DNA of 64,000 nt from NCBI GenBank assembly GCA_964414415.1, contig CAYPWJ010000003.1, positions 38,784 to 102,783 of the forward strand, in the 5' to 3' direction. The translations under genes and the position numbers were made by a program. Source of the DNA: an uncultured Thermoplasmatales archaeon. Its GTDB lineage: Archaea; Thermoplasmatota; E2; UBA202; DSCA01. Below, one piece after another: positions 8,732 through 16,884 of the stretch. Position 1 is the stretch's first letter. Each line of letters opens with the position of its first letter. The notes under the pieces are model-generated. The model was not told where the DNA came from. It made no database searches and saw only the letters and a program-made list of their open reading frames with translations.

Positions 8732-9709
8732 ATGCCAGAAAAACATCATCCGAGACGAGGTTCACACGGCTATTCGCCACGCAAGCGCGCCCAGTCCGAA
8801 GTAGCCCGCATTCATTCCTGGCCGGAGGGCGGCAGCGAGCCGCGACTGCAGGGCTTCGCCGGCTACAAGGCAGGCATGACGCACGTGCTGCTGGTTGACT
8901 ATCGGCCGACGTCGACGACCTCGGGCCGGGAGGTTCAGGTCCCCGTTACGGTCGTCGAGGTACCGCCGCTCAAGGTAGCAGCGGTGCGCCTCTACCGCGA
9001 CACCCCCTACGGTCTCAAAACCGTGACGGAACAATGGGCGGACAACCTCGACGAACTCGATGATACGATACCTGCACAGGAAAACGGCGGCAGCCTTGAA
9101 GCCGACGACATCGACGATGTCCGCGTCATCGCCCACACCATGCCCCGGCTGGTCAGCGGCATACCGAAAAAGACGCCCGAGCTCATGGAACTCCGCGTGG
9201 GCGGCGGCGACGTCGACGCCCGCCTGGAGCAGGCGAAAGCGACCCTCGGCAGCGAGGTCAGCCCTGCCGACGTCTACGGCGAGGGTACCATGGTTGACGT
9301 CGCAGCGATAACCAAGGGAAAAGGATTCCAGGGTTCACCAAAGCGATTCGGCGTCAAGCTGCTCACCCACAAAAACCGGAAACACCGGCGGCAGGCCGGC
9401 ACTTTGGGCCCCTGGCTGACATGGGTCCGCTCCACGGTGCCGCAGGCGGGACAGATGGGCTACCATCCGCGCGTCGAATACAACAAACGCATCCTCAAGA
9501 TCGGCGAGGACGGCGACGACATCACCCCCGATGGAGGTTTCAAGCACTACGGCGTCGTCCGCAACAATTACCTCATCATGCACGGGTCCGTTCCGGGCCC
9601 GGCGAAGCGCCTCATTCGTATGCGAGACGCCATCCGCTACCAGAAGGGCGTCGAAGTCGAAAAACCAGAAATTACCTACATATCGACCACCAGCAAACAG
9701 GGGATATAA
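8732..9709 (+). CDS. rpl3: 50S ribosomal protein uL3
   Basis: HHPRRGSHGYSPRKRA, FAGYKAGMTH, TKGKGFQG, GQMGYHPRVEYNK. Confidence 0.97.
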   Translation: MPEKHHPRRGSHGYSPRKRAQSEVARIHSWPEGGSEPRLQGFAGYKAGMTHVLLVDYRPTSTTSGREVQVPVTVVEVPPLKVAAVRLYRDTPYGLKTVTEQWADNLDELDDTIPAQENGGSLEADDIDDVRVIAHTMPRLVSGIPKKTPELMELRVGGGDVDARLEQAKATLGSEVSPADVYGEGTMVDVAAITKGKGFQGSPKRFGVKLLTHKNRKHRRQAGTLGPWLTWVRSTVPQAGQMGYHPRVEYNKRILKIGEDGDDITPDGGFKHYGVVRNNYLIMHGSVPGPAKRLIRMRDAIRYQKGVEVEKPEITYISTTSKQGI

Positions 9710-10470
9710 TGAAGGCAAAGGTATATGGGCTCGACGGCAGCGTCACCGACGAACGATCTCTGCCTGCAGCATTCGAGCAGGGGTTTCGCCCCGACGTCAT
9801 CCGCAAGGCGTTCAACGCGATGCGCGCCAACGCACGCCAGCCCTACGGCGTCGACGAGCGAGCCGGCAAACGCCACCCCGTTGAGCCCTGGTCTCCCGGG
9901 CGCGGCGTCTCCCGTGTCCCCCGCCTCAGCCAGGGCCGCCGCGCCGCGTTTATGCCCGGTACCGTCGGCGGTCGAGCGGCGCATCCCCCTAAACCGGAAA
10001 AAGACTGGGGGAAAAAGATCAACAAGAAAGAGAAGGCACTCGCTCGCCGGGCGGCACTCGCGGCCACCGCCAGCCCTGAACTGGTTGCAGGGCGCGGTCA
10101 CCGCTTCGGCGAGGACGTCACGCTGCCACTCGTTGTCGACGACGCGTTCGAGCGACTCGCAAAAACTAATGACATGATCCAGGCGCTGCAAAAGCTCGGC
10201 GTCTACGGCGACGTTGAACGTGCCAGGCAGGGACGGCACATCAGGGCCGGGAAGGGAAAGCGACGCGGTCGTAAGTACCGGACGCCTCGCTCCCTGCTCA
10301 TCGTGGCCGGTGACACGGAAAACGTTAAAAAAGCCGCCGGTAATTTAACAGGAGTGGACGTCGTGACGCCACAGGAAGTCAACGTACTGCATCTCGCCCC
10401 CGGGGGAGACCCGGGTAGGCTTGCCGTCTTTACCGTCAACGCGTTAGAGCAGATGGAGGACCGGCAATGA
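9709..10470 (+). CDS. rpl4: 50S ribosomal protein uL4
   Basis: Starts at ATG 9709 overlapping the rpl3 stop; FRPDVIRKA, GRGVSRVPR, RAGKGKRRGRKY, LAPGGDPGRL. Confidence 0.96.
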   Translation: MKAKVYGLDGSVTDERSLPAAFEQGFRPDVIRKAFNAMRANARQPYGVDERAGKRHPVEPWSPGRGVSRVPRLSQGRRAAFMPGTVGGRAAHPPKPEKDWGKKINKKEKALARRAALAATASPELVAGRGHRFGEDVTLPLVVDDAFERLAKTNDMIQALQKLGVYGDVERARQGRHIRAGKGKRRGRKYRTPRSLLIVAGDTENVKKAAGNLTGVDVVTPQEVNVLHLAPGGDPGRLAVFTVNALEQMEDRQ

Positions 10471-10724
10471 ACCCGTATGACATCATCCAGCATCCCTATG
10501 TCACCGAAAAATCGATGCTCATGATGGAGGACAACAACGCATTACAGTTTGCGGTCAAAATGGAAGCAAACAAGAAAGAAGTCAAAAGCGCCGTCGAGCA
10601 GATGTTCGACGTCGAGGTAGCGAAGGTCACGACCCGCATCGCGAAGGAAGGAAAGCTGGCCGTCGTGACGCTCACGCCTGAATACGAGGCGGAAGACATC
10701 GCCATGAGACTAGGTATCTTCTAA
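10467..10724 (+). CDS. rpl23: 50S ribosomal protein uL23
   Basis: IIQHPYVTEKS...ANKKEVKSAVEQMFDVEVAKV; operon position. Confidence 0.95.
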   Translation: MNPYDIIQHPYVTEKSMLMMEDNNALQFAVKMEANKKEVKSAVEQMFDVEVAKVTTRIAKEGKLAVVTLTPEYEAEDIAMRLGIF

Positions 10725-10732
10725 GTGATATA

Positions 10733-11434
10733 ATGGGAAAGCGATTGGTACATCAACGGAGAGGCTCCGCACGCTCCCGCTACCGGAGTCCATCGTTCAA
10801 GCACAAAGGCCCGATAGCCTATCCCTCGCTGGAGGAAACCGAGGGCGTCGTGCGGGACATCGTTCACAACCCGGGCACGTCGTCCCCGCTGGCCGTCGTG
10901 GAGACCAGAGACGGCAGCAGATTCACCATGCTTGCCCCCGAGGGTATTGCATCGGGCGAGACTGTTCGATTTACTGAGAGAAGCATCCTGAAACCCGGCA
11001 ACGTGCTGCCGCTGTCCTCGATACCGGAGGGAACACCTGTCTACAACATCGAGAGCAACCCGGGCGACGGCGGTACGTTTGCCCGCTCAGGCGGCAACCA
11101 TGGCACCGTTGTGGGGCACGGAGAACACGTCATCGTGAAGCTCCCGTCCGGTGCACAGAAAAAATTGCATCCTCGATGCCGGGCTACCGTCGGCGTTGCT
11201 GCCGGTGGCGGCCGGAACGAAAAACCGTTCATGAAGGCCGGCAAGCGGCATCACGCGCTTCGCTCCCGCGGCGGCATCTATCCACGGGTGCGCGGCGTGG
11301 CGATGAATCCCGTCGACCATCCACACGGTGGCGGCGCCCATCAGCACGTGGGCAAGTCGTCGACCGTCGGCCGGAATGCGCCTCCGGGACGGAAGGCGGG
11401 CAGCATAGCGGCACGGAGGACCGGGAAGAAGTGA
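10733..11434 (+). CDS. rpl2: 50S ribosomal protein uL2
   Basis: MGKRLVHQRRG, RVRGVAMNPVDHPHGGG. Confidence 0.97.
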   Translation: MGKRLVHQRRGSARSRYRSPSFKHKGPIAYPSLEETEGVVRDIVHNPGTSSPLAVVETRDGSRFTMLAPEGIASGETVRFTERSILKPGNVLPLSSIPEGTPVYNIESNPGDGGTFARSGGNHGTVVGHGEHVIVKLPSGAQKKLHPRCRATVGVAAGGGRNEKPFMKAGKRHHALRSRGGIYPRVRGVAMNPVDHPHGGGAHQHVGKSSTVGRNAPPGRKAGSIAARRTGKK

Positions 11435-11438
11435 TACC

Positions 11439-11870
11439 ATGGCACGGAGAAGCAAAAGGAAAAAGAAAAAGCTTGACCTCGGCGCGAAGAAAGAGTTTAC
11501 CTATCGCGGTCTGAGCGTCGACGAGATGAAGGAGATGACGGTCGACGATTTCATAGCGTATCTGCCGGCGCGGAAGCGACGCAGCCTCCAGCGGGGTATG
11601 ACCCGTGAGCAGCATAATTTGCTGCAGCGGGCGAAGAATGCAGATGACGGCGACGTCATCAGGACGCATCTCCGGGACATGGTCGTGCTGCCGCCGTTTT
11701 TCGACCGTGAGTTCGCGGTGCACAACGGGACCGAGTTCGTTCGCGTCAAGATTCAGCCCGAGATGGTCGGGCATTACCTTGGAGAGTTCGCCATGACCAG
11801 AAAGGAAGTTGAGCATACGGGACCGGGACTGGGAGCCACGCGCTCCTCCAAGTTCCTGCCCCTGAAGTGA
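11439..11870 (+). CDS. rps19: 30S ribosomal protein uS19
   Basis: FTYRG, RTHLRDMVVLP, VHNG, MVGHYLGEFAMTRK. Confidence 0.96.
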   Translation: MARRSKRKKKKLDLGAKKEFTYRGLSVDEMKEMTVDDFIAYLPARKRRSLQRGMTREQHNLLQRAKNADDGDVIRTHLRDMVVLPPFFDREFAVHNGTEFVRVKIQPEMVGHYLGEFAMTRKEVEHTGPGLGATRSSKFLPLK

Positions 11871-11874
11871 TATC

Positions 11875-12327
11875 ATGAGCTATTCAGCATACAGAAACCC
11901 GGAAAAAAGCGCTCGCGCCCGTGGCAACGAACTGCACTGCTCGCCGAAGCATTCGCAGAACATCATGCGGGCGATCAAGGGGATGTCCATCGAGGAGGCG
12001 AAGCAGTTCCTGGAGGACGTCGTCGACAAGAAGCGCGCGGTGCCGTTCACCACGCACAACCGTGACGTATCACATCGCAAGGGCATGGGCCCGGGCGCGT
12101 ATCCCGTGAAGGCGTCGCGACTCATCCTGCGCGTCCTGAAGAACGCGGAGAACAACGCCGAGTACAAGGGGCTTGACACGGAGAGCATGGTCATCTCTCA
12201 CGCATCGGCCTACAAGGGACAGAAGGTCGAGGGGATGATGCCCCGTGCCTTCGGCAGGTCGAGTCCAAAGAACAAGCAAACCACCAATGCAGAACTCATC
12301 GTAGAGGAGACAGAAAATGGCTATTGA
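11875..12327 (+). CDS. rpl22: 50S ribosomal protein uL22
   Basis: SPKHS, KKRAVPF, GAYPVKAS, PRAFGRSSP. Confidence 0.96.
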   Translation: MSYSAYRNPEKSARARGNELHCSPKHSQNIMRAIKGMSIEEAKQFLEDVVDKKRAVPFTTHNRDVSHRKGMGPGAYPVKASRLILRVLKNAENNAEYKGLDTESMVISHASAYKGQKVEGMMPRAFGRSSPKNKQTTNAELIVEETENGY

Positions 12328-13300
12328 GCGAAAGTTCGTCCAGGAAGGAGCGAAACGGATGCTTATCAAGGAGTACCTTGAAGACGAGACGGAGCGCGCC
12401 GGCTTCGGCGGCCTTGATATACAGCGGACGCCGCTCGGCACGCTGCTCTCGCTGTCGACGGAGCGGCCGGGCATCGTCATCGGTCGCGGCGGCAAAAACG
12501 TCAAGGCGCTGACCAAGAACCTGGAGGAGGAATTCGAGCTGGAGAACCCGCAGCTGGAGGTCGAGGAGATCGGCAGCCAGGCGCCGCTCAACGGACAGAT
12601 CATGGCGCAGAAGGTGGCATCGGCGCTGGAGCGCGGCTGGCATTTCCGCCGCGTCGGTCATTCCACGGTGCGGCGCATTATTGGCTCCGGTGCGCGGGGC
12701 TGCCAGGTCATCATCTCCGGCAAGATCACCGGCTCGCGCCATCGAACGGAGAAGTTCACCAAGGGCCACGTCAAGTACTGCGGCGAGGTCGCCAGCGAGG
12801 TCATGGACGAGGGCATCGCGGTGGCGAAGCAGAAGGCCGGCGTGCTGGGTGTCAAGGTCAGGATCATGCAGCCTGACGCGAAGATGCCTGACGAGGTCGA
12901 GATTGTCTCCGAGCCGGAGGAACCGGAGGAGCAGAAGGAAGAGCAGAAAGAGGAGGAGACAGAAGGGCGGAAAGAACGGGAGGAGCCGGCGGCCGAGGAG
13001 GAAGAGAAGGAGGAGCAGGTGGAAGAGCCGGTGGAGGAACCCGCCGCGGAGGAAAAACCGGCGGAGCCGGAGGAAGCAGCTGCGGAACCCTCGTTTGACC
13101 CATCGCGGCTTGAAGACATTGACTTCAAGGACATCACCGGCGTCGGCGGCAGCATGATGGAGCGGCTGCAGCAGGCCGGTATCAAGGACGTCAGGGAGCT
13201 TTATGAAATGAGCATCGATGACCTTATCGAGATAAAAGGCATCGGCGTGACGAAGGCGAAACAGCTCAAGGAAGCCATCGAGGAGGTGATGCAAGCATGA
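12317..13300 (+). CDS. rps3: 30S ribosomal protein uS3 with an acidic linker and C-terminal HhH domain
   Basis: KH domain ERPGIVIGRGG and GARGCQVIISGK; E/P/A-rich linker; C-terminal ITGVGGSMMERL and IKGIGVTKAKQL motifs. Confidence 0.96.
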   Translation: MAIERKFVQEGAKRMLIKEYLEDETERAGFGGLDIQRTPLGTLLSLSTERPGIVIGRGGKNVKALTKNLEEEFELENPQLEVEEIGSQAPLNGQIMAQKVASALERGWHFRRVGHSTVRRIIGSGARGCQVIISGKITGSRHRTEKFTKGHVKYCGEVASEVMDEGIAVAKQKAGVLGVKVRIMQPDAKMPDEVEIVSEPEEPEEQKEEQKEEETEGRKEREEPAAEEEEKEEQVEEPVEEPAAEEKPAEPEEAAAEPSFDPSRLEDIDFKDITGVGGSMMERLQQAGIKDVRELYEMSIDDLIEIKGIGVTKAKQLKEAIEEVMQA

Positions 13301-13497
13301 AGCCATCCGAGATACGTGAGATGAGCAGCGACGAGCGCCACAACCAGCTTGAGGACTGGCGGAACGAGCTGATGGAGGAGTACGGCAGGGCGGCGATGGG
13401 CGGCTCACCGCAGTCTCCGGGACGCATCAGGTGGATTCGTCGCAATATCGCCCGAATGCTGACCATTATGCAGGAGGAAGGAGAACTGAATGAGTGA
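13297..13497 (+). CDS. rpl29: 50S ribosomal protein uL29
   Basis: EIREMS, PGRIRWIRRNIARMLT; operon position. Confidence 0.93.
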   Translation: MKPSEIREMSSDERHNQLEDWRNELMEEYGRAAMGGSPQSPGRIRWIRRNIARMLTIMQEEGELNE

Positions 13498-13789
13498 GAT
13501 TTGTCCTGTCTGTGGTCTGCCTGAGGAGTTGTGTGTCTGTGAGAACATTGCCCGGGAAGGACAAGAGATAACGATTTATACCGAAAAGCGACGCTACGGG
13601 AAAGTGATGACCGTGATAGAGGGACTCGACGACGCCGACATCGACATCGAGGGACTGAGCAAGGAGCTGAAAACATGCTGCGCGTGCGGCGGCACCGTCA
13701 AGAACCGGAAAATCGAGCTGCAGGGCCATCACATCCAGAAAGCGAGAGACCGGCTCGAGGACCTTGGATTTGCCGTTGACGTGGAATGA
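13490..13789 (+). CDS. sui1: Translation initiation factor aIF1 (SUI1/YciH)
   Basis: CPVCGLPEELC, RRYGKVMTVIEG, CACGGTVK, IELQGHH. Confidence 0.93.
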   Translation: MSEICPVCGLPEELCVCENIAREGQEITIYTEKRRYGKVMTVIEGLDDADIDIEGLSKELKTCCACGGTVKNRKIELQGHHIQKARDRLEDLGFAVDVE

Positions 13790-14037
13790 TGGACAGGAAA
13801 ACATTTATGAAGCACGAGTTTATAGGCCTCCCGATACGGATAACGGAAGCGGCGGACCCGACGCTGCAGAACGTTGAAGGCACCATCATCGACGAGACCA
13901 AGAACACGTTCGTCATCAGGAACGACGGCACCAAGCGGGTGCCGAAACGCCACACGGTCTTCGAGATAGACGGCGTTGCTGTCCGCGGCGACGACATCGC
14001 CTACCGACCGGAAGACAGAATAAGGAAGATAAAATGA
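13786..14037 (+). CDS. rnp1: RNase P protein subunit Rpp29/POP4
   Basis: HEFIGLPIRI, GTIIDETKNTF, RPEDRIRK; canonical position in the cluster. Confidence 0.9.
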   Translation: MMDRKTFMKHEFIGLPIRITEAADPTLQNVEGTIIDETKNTFVIRNDGTKRVPKRHTVFEIDGVAVRGDDIAYRPEDRIRKIK

Positions 14038-14345
14038 TTGGAGTTGACATAAAAGAACCGGAACGCGAATGCACCGACCCCAACTGCCCGTTTCACGGCA
14101 CACTGTCAGTCCACGGTGCCGCATTGACCGGCACGGTGGTGTCCACGGCGATGGACAAGACCGTCGTTGTACGCAAGCAGCGGATGCATCGCGTGCCGAA
14201 GTACCAGCGCTACGAGAAGCGAAGCAGCCGGTACAAGGCACATCTGCCCGGCTGCATCGACGTGGAGCAGGGCGACGAGGTAACGGTCATGGAATGCCGC
14301 CCGTTGAGCAAAACGGTGTCGTTCGTGGTGGTGGAGAAACAATGA
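14034..14345 (+). CDS. rps17: 30S ribosomal protein uS17
   Basis: CTDPNCPFHG, MDKTVVV, KYQRYEKR, ECRPLSKT. Confidence 0.96.
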   Translation: MIGVDIKEPERECTDPNCPFHGTLSVHGAALTGTVVSTAMDKTVVVRKQRMHRVPKYQRYEKRSSRYKAHLPGCIDVEQGDEVTVMECRPLSKTVSFVVVEKQ

Positions 14346-14740
14346 GAGGCATCTCTTCGAAGGTCACGAAGGGCGTGAACACCGGCAGCCGCCTGGACTG
14401 CGTGGACAACACCGGTGCCAGGGTCGTCGAGGTGGTGTCGGTGAAGCACATCAAGACCACGCGCCGGCAGCAGCCCGCAGCGGGCGTCGGCGACAAGATC
14501 GTTGTCAGCGTCAAGAAAGGCCGGCCTGAGATGAAGCGGCAGCTGTTCGAGGCCGTCGTCGTCAGGCAGCGTCGGCCGTATCATCGTGCAGACGGCATGA
14601 GCATCCAGTTTGAGGACAACGCCGCCGTGATTGTTACGCCGGAAGGCGACCTGAAGGGCTCGGCTGTCAAGGGCCCCGTGGCGCGTGAGGCGGCGGAGCG
14701 ATGGCCCCGGATCGCGGCAACGGCGTCAATGATTGTGTGA
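14342..14740 (+). CDS. rpl14: 50S ribosomal protein uL14
   Basis: CVDNTGA, AGVGD, FEDNAAVIV, KGPVAREAAERWPRIA. Confidence 0.96.
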   Translation: MRGISSKVTKGVNTGSRLDCVDNTGARVVEVVSVKHIKTTRRQQPAAGVGDKIVVSVKKGRPEMKRQLFEAVVVRQRRPYHRADGMSIQFEDNAAVIVTPEGDLKGSAVKGPVAREAAERWPRIAATASMIV

Positions 14741-14744
14741 TACC

Positions 14745-15458
14745 ATGAAATCGAAGCAGCCACGAAAACAGCGGAAGAGATATCACGACGCCCCGCTCCA
14801 CAAGAAGCGGAGCCGCCTTGCATCGCACCTGGCAGATGACCTTATCGTCAAATACGGCAAGCGCAGCATCCCCGTCGTTCGGGGTGACACCGTCAAGGTC
14901 GTCCGCGGTGACTTCAAGGGCCACTCTGACAAGGTGCGCGACGTGTATCTGGACGACCAGACCGTCGAGATCGAGGGCGCGGTTACCTCCAAGGTGGACG
15001 GCAGCAAGGTACCGCGGGCTATTCATTGCTCGAACGTCATCATCACCAAGCTCAATCTCACTGATCCCTGGCGGCGGCGGAAACTCGAGCGCGGTCTCTC
15101 CAAGGAACAGAGGGAAGAAATCGAGCGGGAGGCCGAGGAGCAGATCATCGAGCAGCAACGCATGGAGGAGGAAGCGGCTGCGGCGGAAGAAGCCGAGGCC
15201 GAGGCGGCGGAGGAGGCGGAACCAGAAGCAGCACCGGCTGAGGAAATCCCCGGGGAAGAGATTCCTGAGGAACCGGCCGAGGCTGAAGAGCTTCCCGAGG
15301 AGCCCGCAGAGGAAGCGGAACTGGAGCAGGAAACCATCAAGGCCGATATGGACGAATCGGAAACCGAGACGGGTGAAGAACCTGAAGGAGAACCCGTCGA
15401 ACCGGAGATCGAAGACGCTGAGGAAAGTGAATCGGTAGAGGAAGAAGAGGAGAAATGA
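14745..15458 (+). CDS. rpl24: 50S ribosomal protein uL24 with a long acidic C-terminal tail
   Basis: SKQPRKQRK, RGDTVKVVRGDFKG (KOW), IHCSNVIITKL, followed by more than 100 aa of E/P/A-rich sequence. Confidence 0.95.
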   Translation: MKSKQPRKQRKRYHDAPLHKKRSRLASHLADDLIVKYGKRSIPVVRGDTVKVVRGDFKGHSDKVRDVYLDDQTVEIEGAVTSKVDGSKVPRAIHCSNVIITKLNLTDPWRRRKLERGLSKEQREEIEREAEEQIIEQQRMEEEAAAAEEAEAEAAEEAEPEAAPAEEIPGEEIPEEPAEAEELPEEPAEEAELEQETIKADMDESETETGEEPEGEPVEPEIEDAEESESVEEEEEK

Positions 15459-15462
15459 TATA

Positions 15463-16167
15463 ATGTCACACATGAAACGTGTTACCGTCCCGCGGACGTG
15501 GCCCGTCGAGCGAAAAACGCACACCTGGTCGCTGCATCCGTCGCTGGGCCCGCATCCCGTCGAGCAGAGCATCCCGCTCGCCTTTGTACTGCGTGACTAC
15601 CTCGGGTATGCCGACACTGCAGGGGAGGCCCGTCACGTTATCGCCTCCCGCGAGGTGATGGTTGACGGCGCTGTGCGAACCGACCCGCGGTTTTCATGCG
15701 GATTGATGGACGTGATCTCGCTTCCCACGGCGGACGAACACTACCGGCTGCTCGTCGACGCGAAGGGAACCATCAGGCTCGTACCTGTCAACGCAGACGA
15801 TGCCGCCTGGAAGCTCTGCCGCGTGCAGAACAAGACCACGGTGAAAGGCGGCACGACGCAGCTCAACCTCCACGACGGCCGAAACTGCGTCGTGGAGCAG
15901 GACCACGGCACCGGCGACGTAGTGAAACTGGCGGTGCCCGACCAGGAAATACTGGAGACGTTTCCGTTTGCCCCGGGAAGCACAGCCCTGGTGACGAACG
16001 GAAAACATGCCGGTGAAATCGCGCCGATAACCGCCATCACGACCACGAGGAGCTCCCGTCCCAACGTCGTCGAGCTGGAGGGATTCTCCACCATTGAGCC
16101 CTACGTGTTCGTCGTCGGAACAGACACCGCATTGATTACCGTTCCCGAGGTGAGCGTCTATGAATGA
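15463..16167 (+). CDS. rps4e: 30S ribosomal protein eS4
   Basis: HMKRVTVPRTWPVERK, GPHP, VDGAVRTD..F.CGLMDVI, QLNLHDGRN. Confidence 0.95.
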   Translation: MSHMKRVTVPRTWPVERKTHTWSLHPSLGPHPVEQSIPLAFVLRDYLGYADTAGEARHVIASREVMVDGAVRTDPRFSCGLMDVISLPTADEHYRLLVDAKGTIRLVPVNADDAAWKLCRVQNKTTVKGGTTQLNLHDGRNCVVEQDHGTGDVVKLAVPDQEILETFPFAPGSTALVTNGKHAGEIAPITAITTTRSSRPNVVELEGFSTIEPYVFVVGTDTALITVPEVSVYE

Positions 16168-16678
16168 GACTATGAATGAGATGAAGTCGCTCAAGATTGA
16201 AAAGATAACGGTCAACATCGGCGTTGGAGAGGGCGGCGAACGGCTGCGGAAAGCCCGGCAGGTGCTGGAAGAGGTGACCGGGCAGGACGCCATCCTCACC
16301 ACGTCGAAAACCATCAACAAGGACTGGGCCATCAGACAGGACATGCCCATCGGCTGCAAGGTGACGTTGCGGGACGACAAGGCAACTGATTTCCTCAAGC
16401 GGGCGCTGTCCACCAGGAACAACCGGATAGTGGACTGGTCGTTTGACGAGCAGGGCAACGTCTCGTTCGGTATCCCCGATCACACTGATTTCGAGGGCAT
16501 GAAATACGACCCGGACATCGGGGTGTTCGGCATGGACGTGTGTATCACAATCGAGCGACCTGGCTTCCGGGTGAAGAAACGCCGGGTACGACCGCGGAAG
16601 ATACCGAAGCGCCATCGCGTCTCGCCCGAGGAATCAATGGAGTTTTTGGAAGAAGCATTTGACGTCGAGGTGGTCTGA
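16160..16678 (+). CDS. rpl5: 50S ribosomal protein uL5
   Basis: [44 protein letters not shown]. Confidence 0.96.
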   Translation: MNETMNEMKSLKIEKITVNIGVGEGGERLRKARQVLEEVTGQDAILTTSKTINKDWAIRQDMPIGCKVTLRDDKATDFLKRALSTRNNRIVDWSFDEQGNVSFGIPDHTDFEGMKYDPDIGVFGMDVCITIERPGFRVKKRRVRPRKIPKRHRVSPEESMEFLEEAFDVEVV

Positions 16679-16680
16679 CC

Positions 16681-16839
16681 ATGGTAAAGATAAAGGAGAA
16701 AGAGGAAGAGTACGGCCGACAGGAGGGCTGCATCCGCTGCGGGCGGAAACGCGGCATCATCCGGAAATACGGGCTTCGACTCTGCCGCCAGTGCTTCCGG
16801 GAGACGGCGGAGGAAATCGGCTTCAAGAAGTACTCCTGA
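16681..16839 (+). CDS. rps14: 30S ribosomal protein uS14 (Zn-binding); absent from the ORF track
   Basis: Translated by hand: [52 protein letters not shown] (CxxC...CRQC). Confidence 0.93.
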   Translation: MVKIKEKEEEYGRQEGCIRCGRKRGIIRKYGLRLCRQCFRETAEEIGFKKYS

Positions 16840-16884
16840 CCTTTACCGTAAATCTAAAAAGAACGCCCAGATACCAGTATACAG

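Noticed and set aside
9421-9708. N-terminal extension of rpl4 in the ORF track
   Set aside because: It overlaps rpl3 out of frame; uL4 similarity begins at ATG 9709.
12900-15458. CRISPR-like or tandem DNA repeats (gaggaa/gagccg-rich tracts)
   Set aside because: These are low-complexity Glu/Pro codons within uS3 and uL24. There is no constant repeat-spacer periodicity anywhere in the window.
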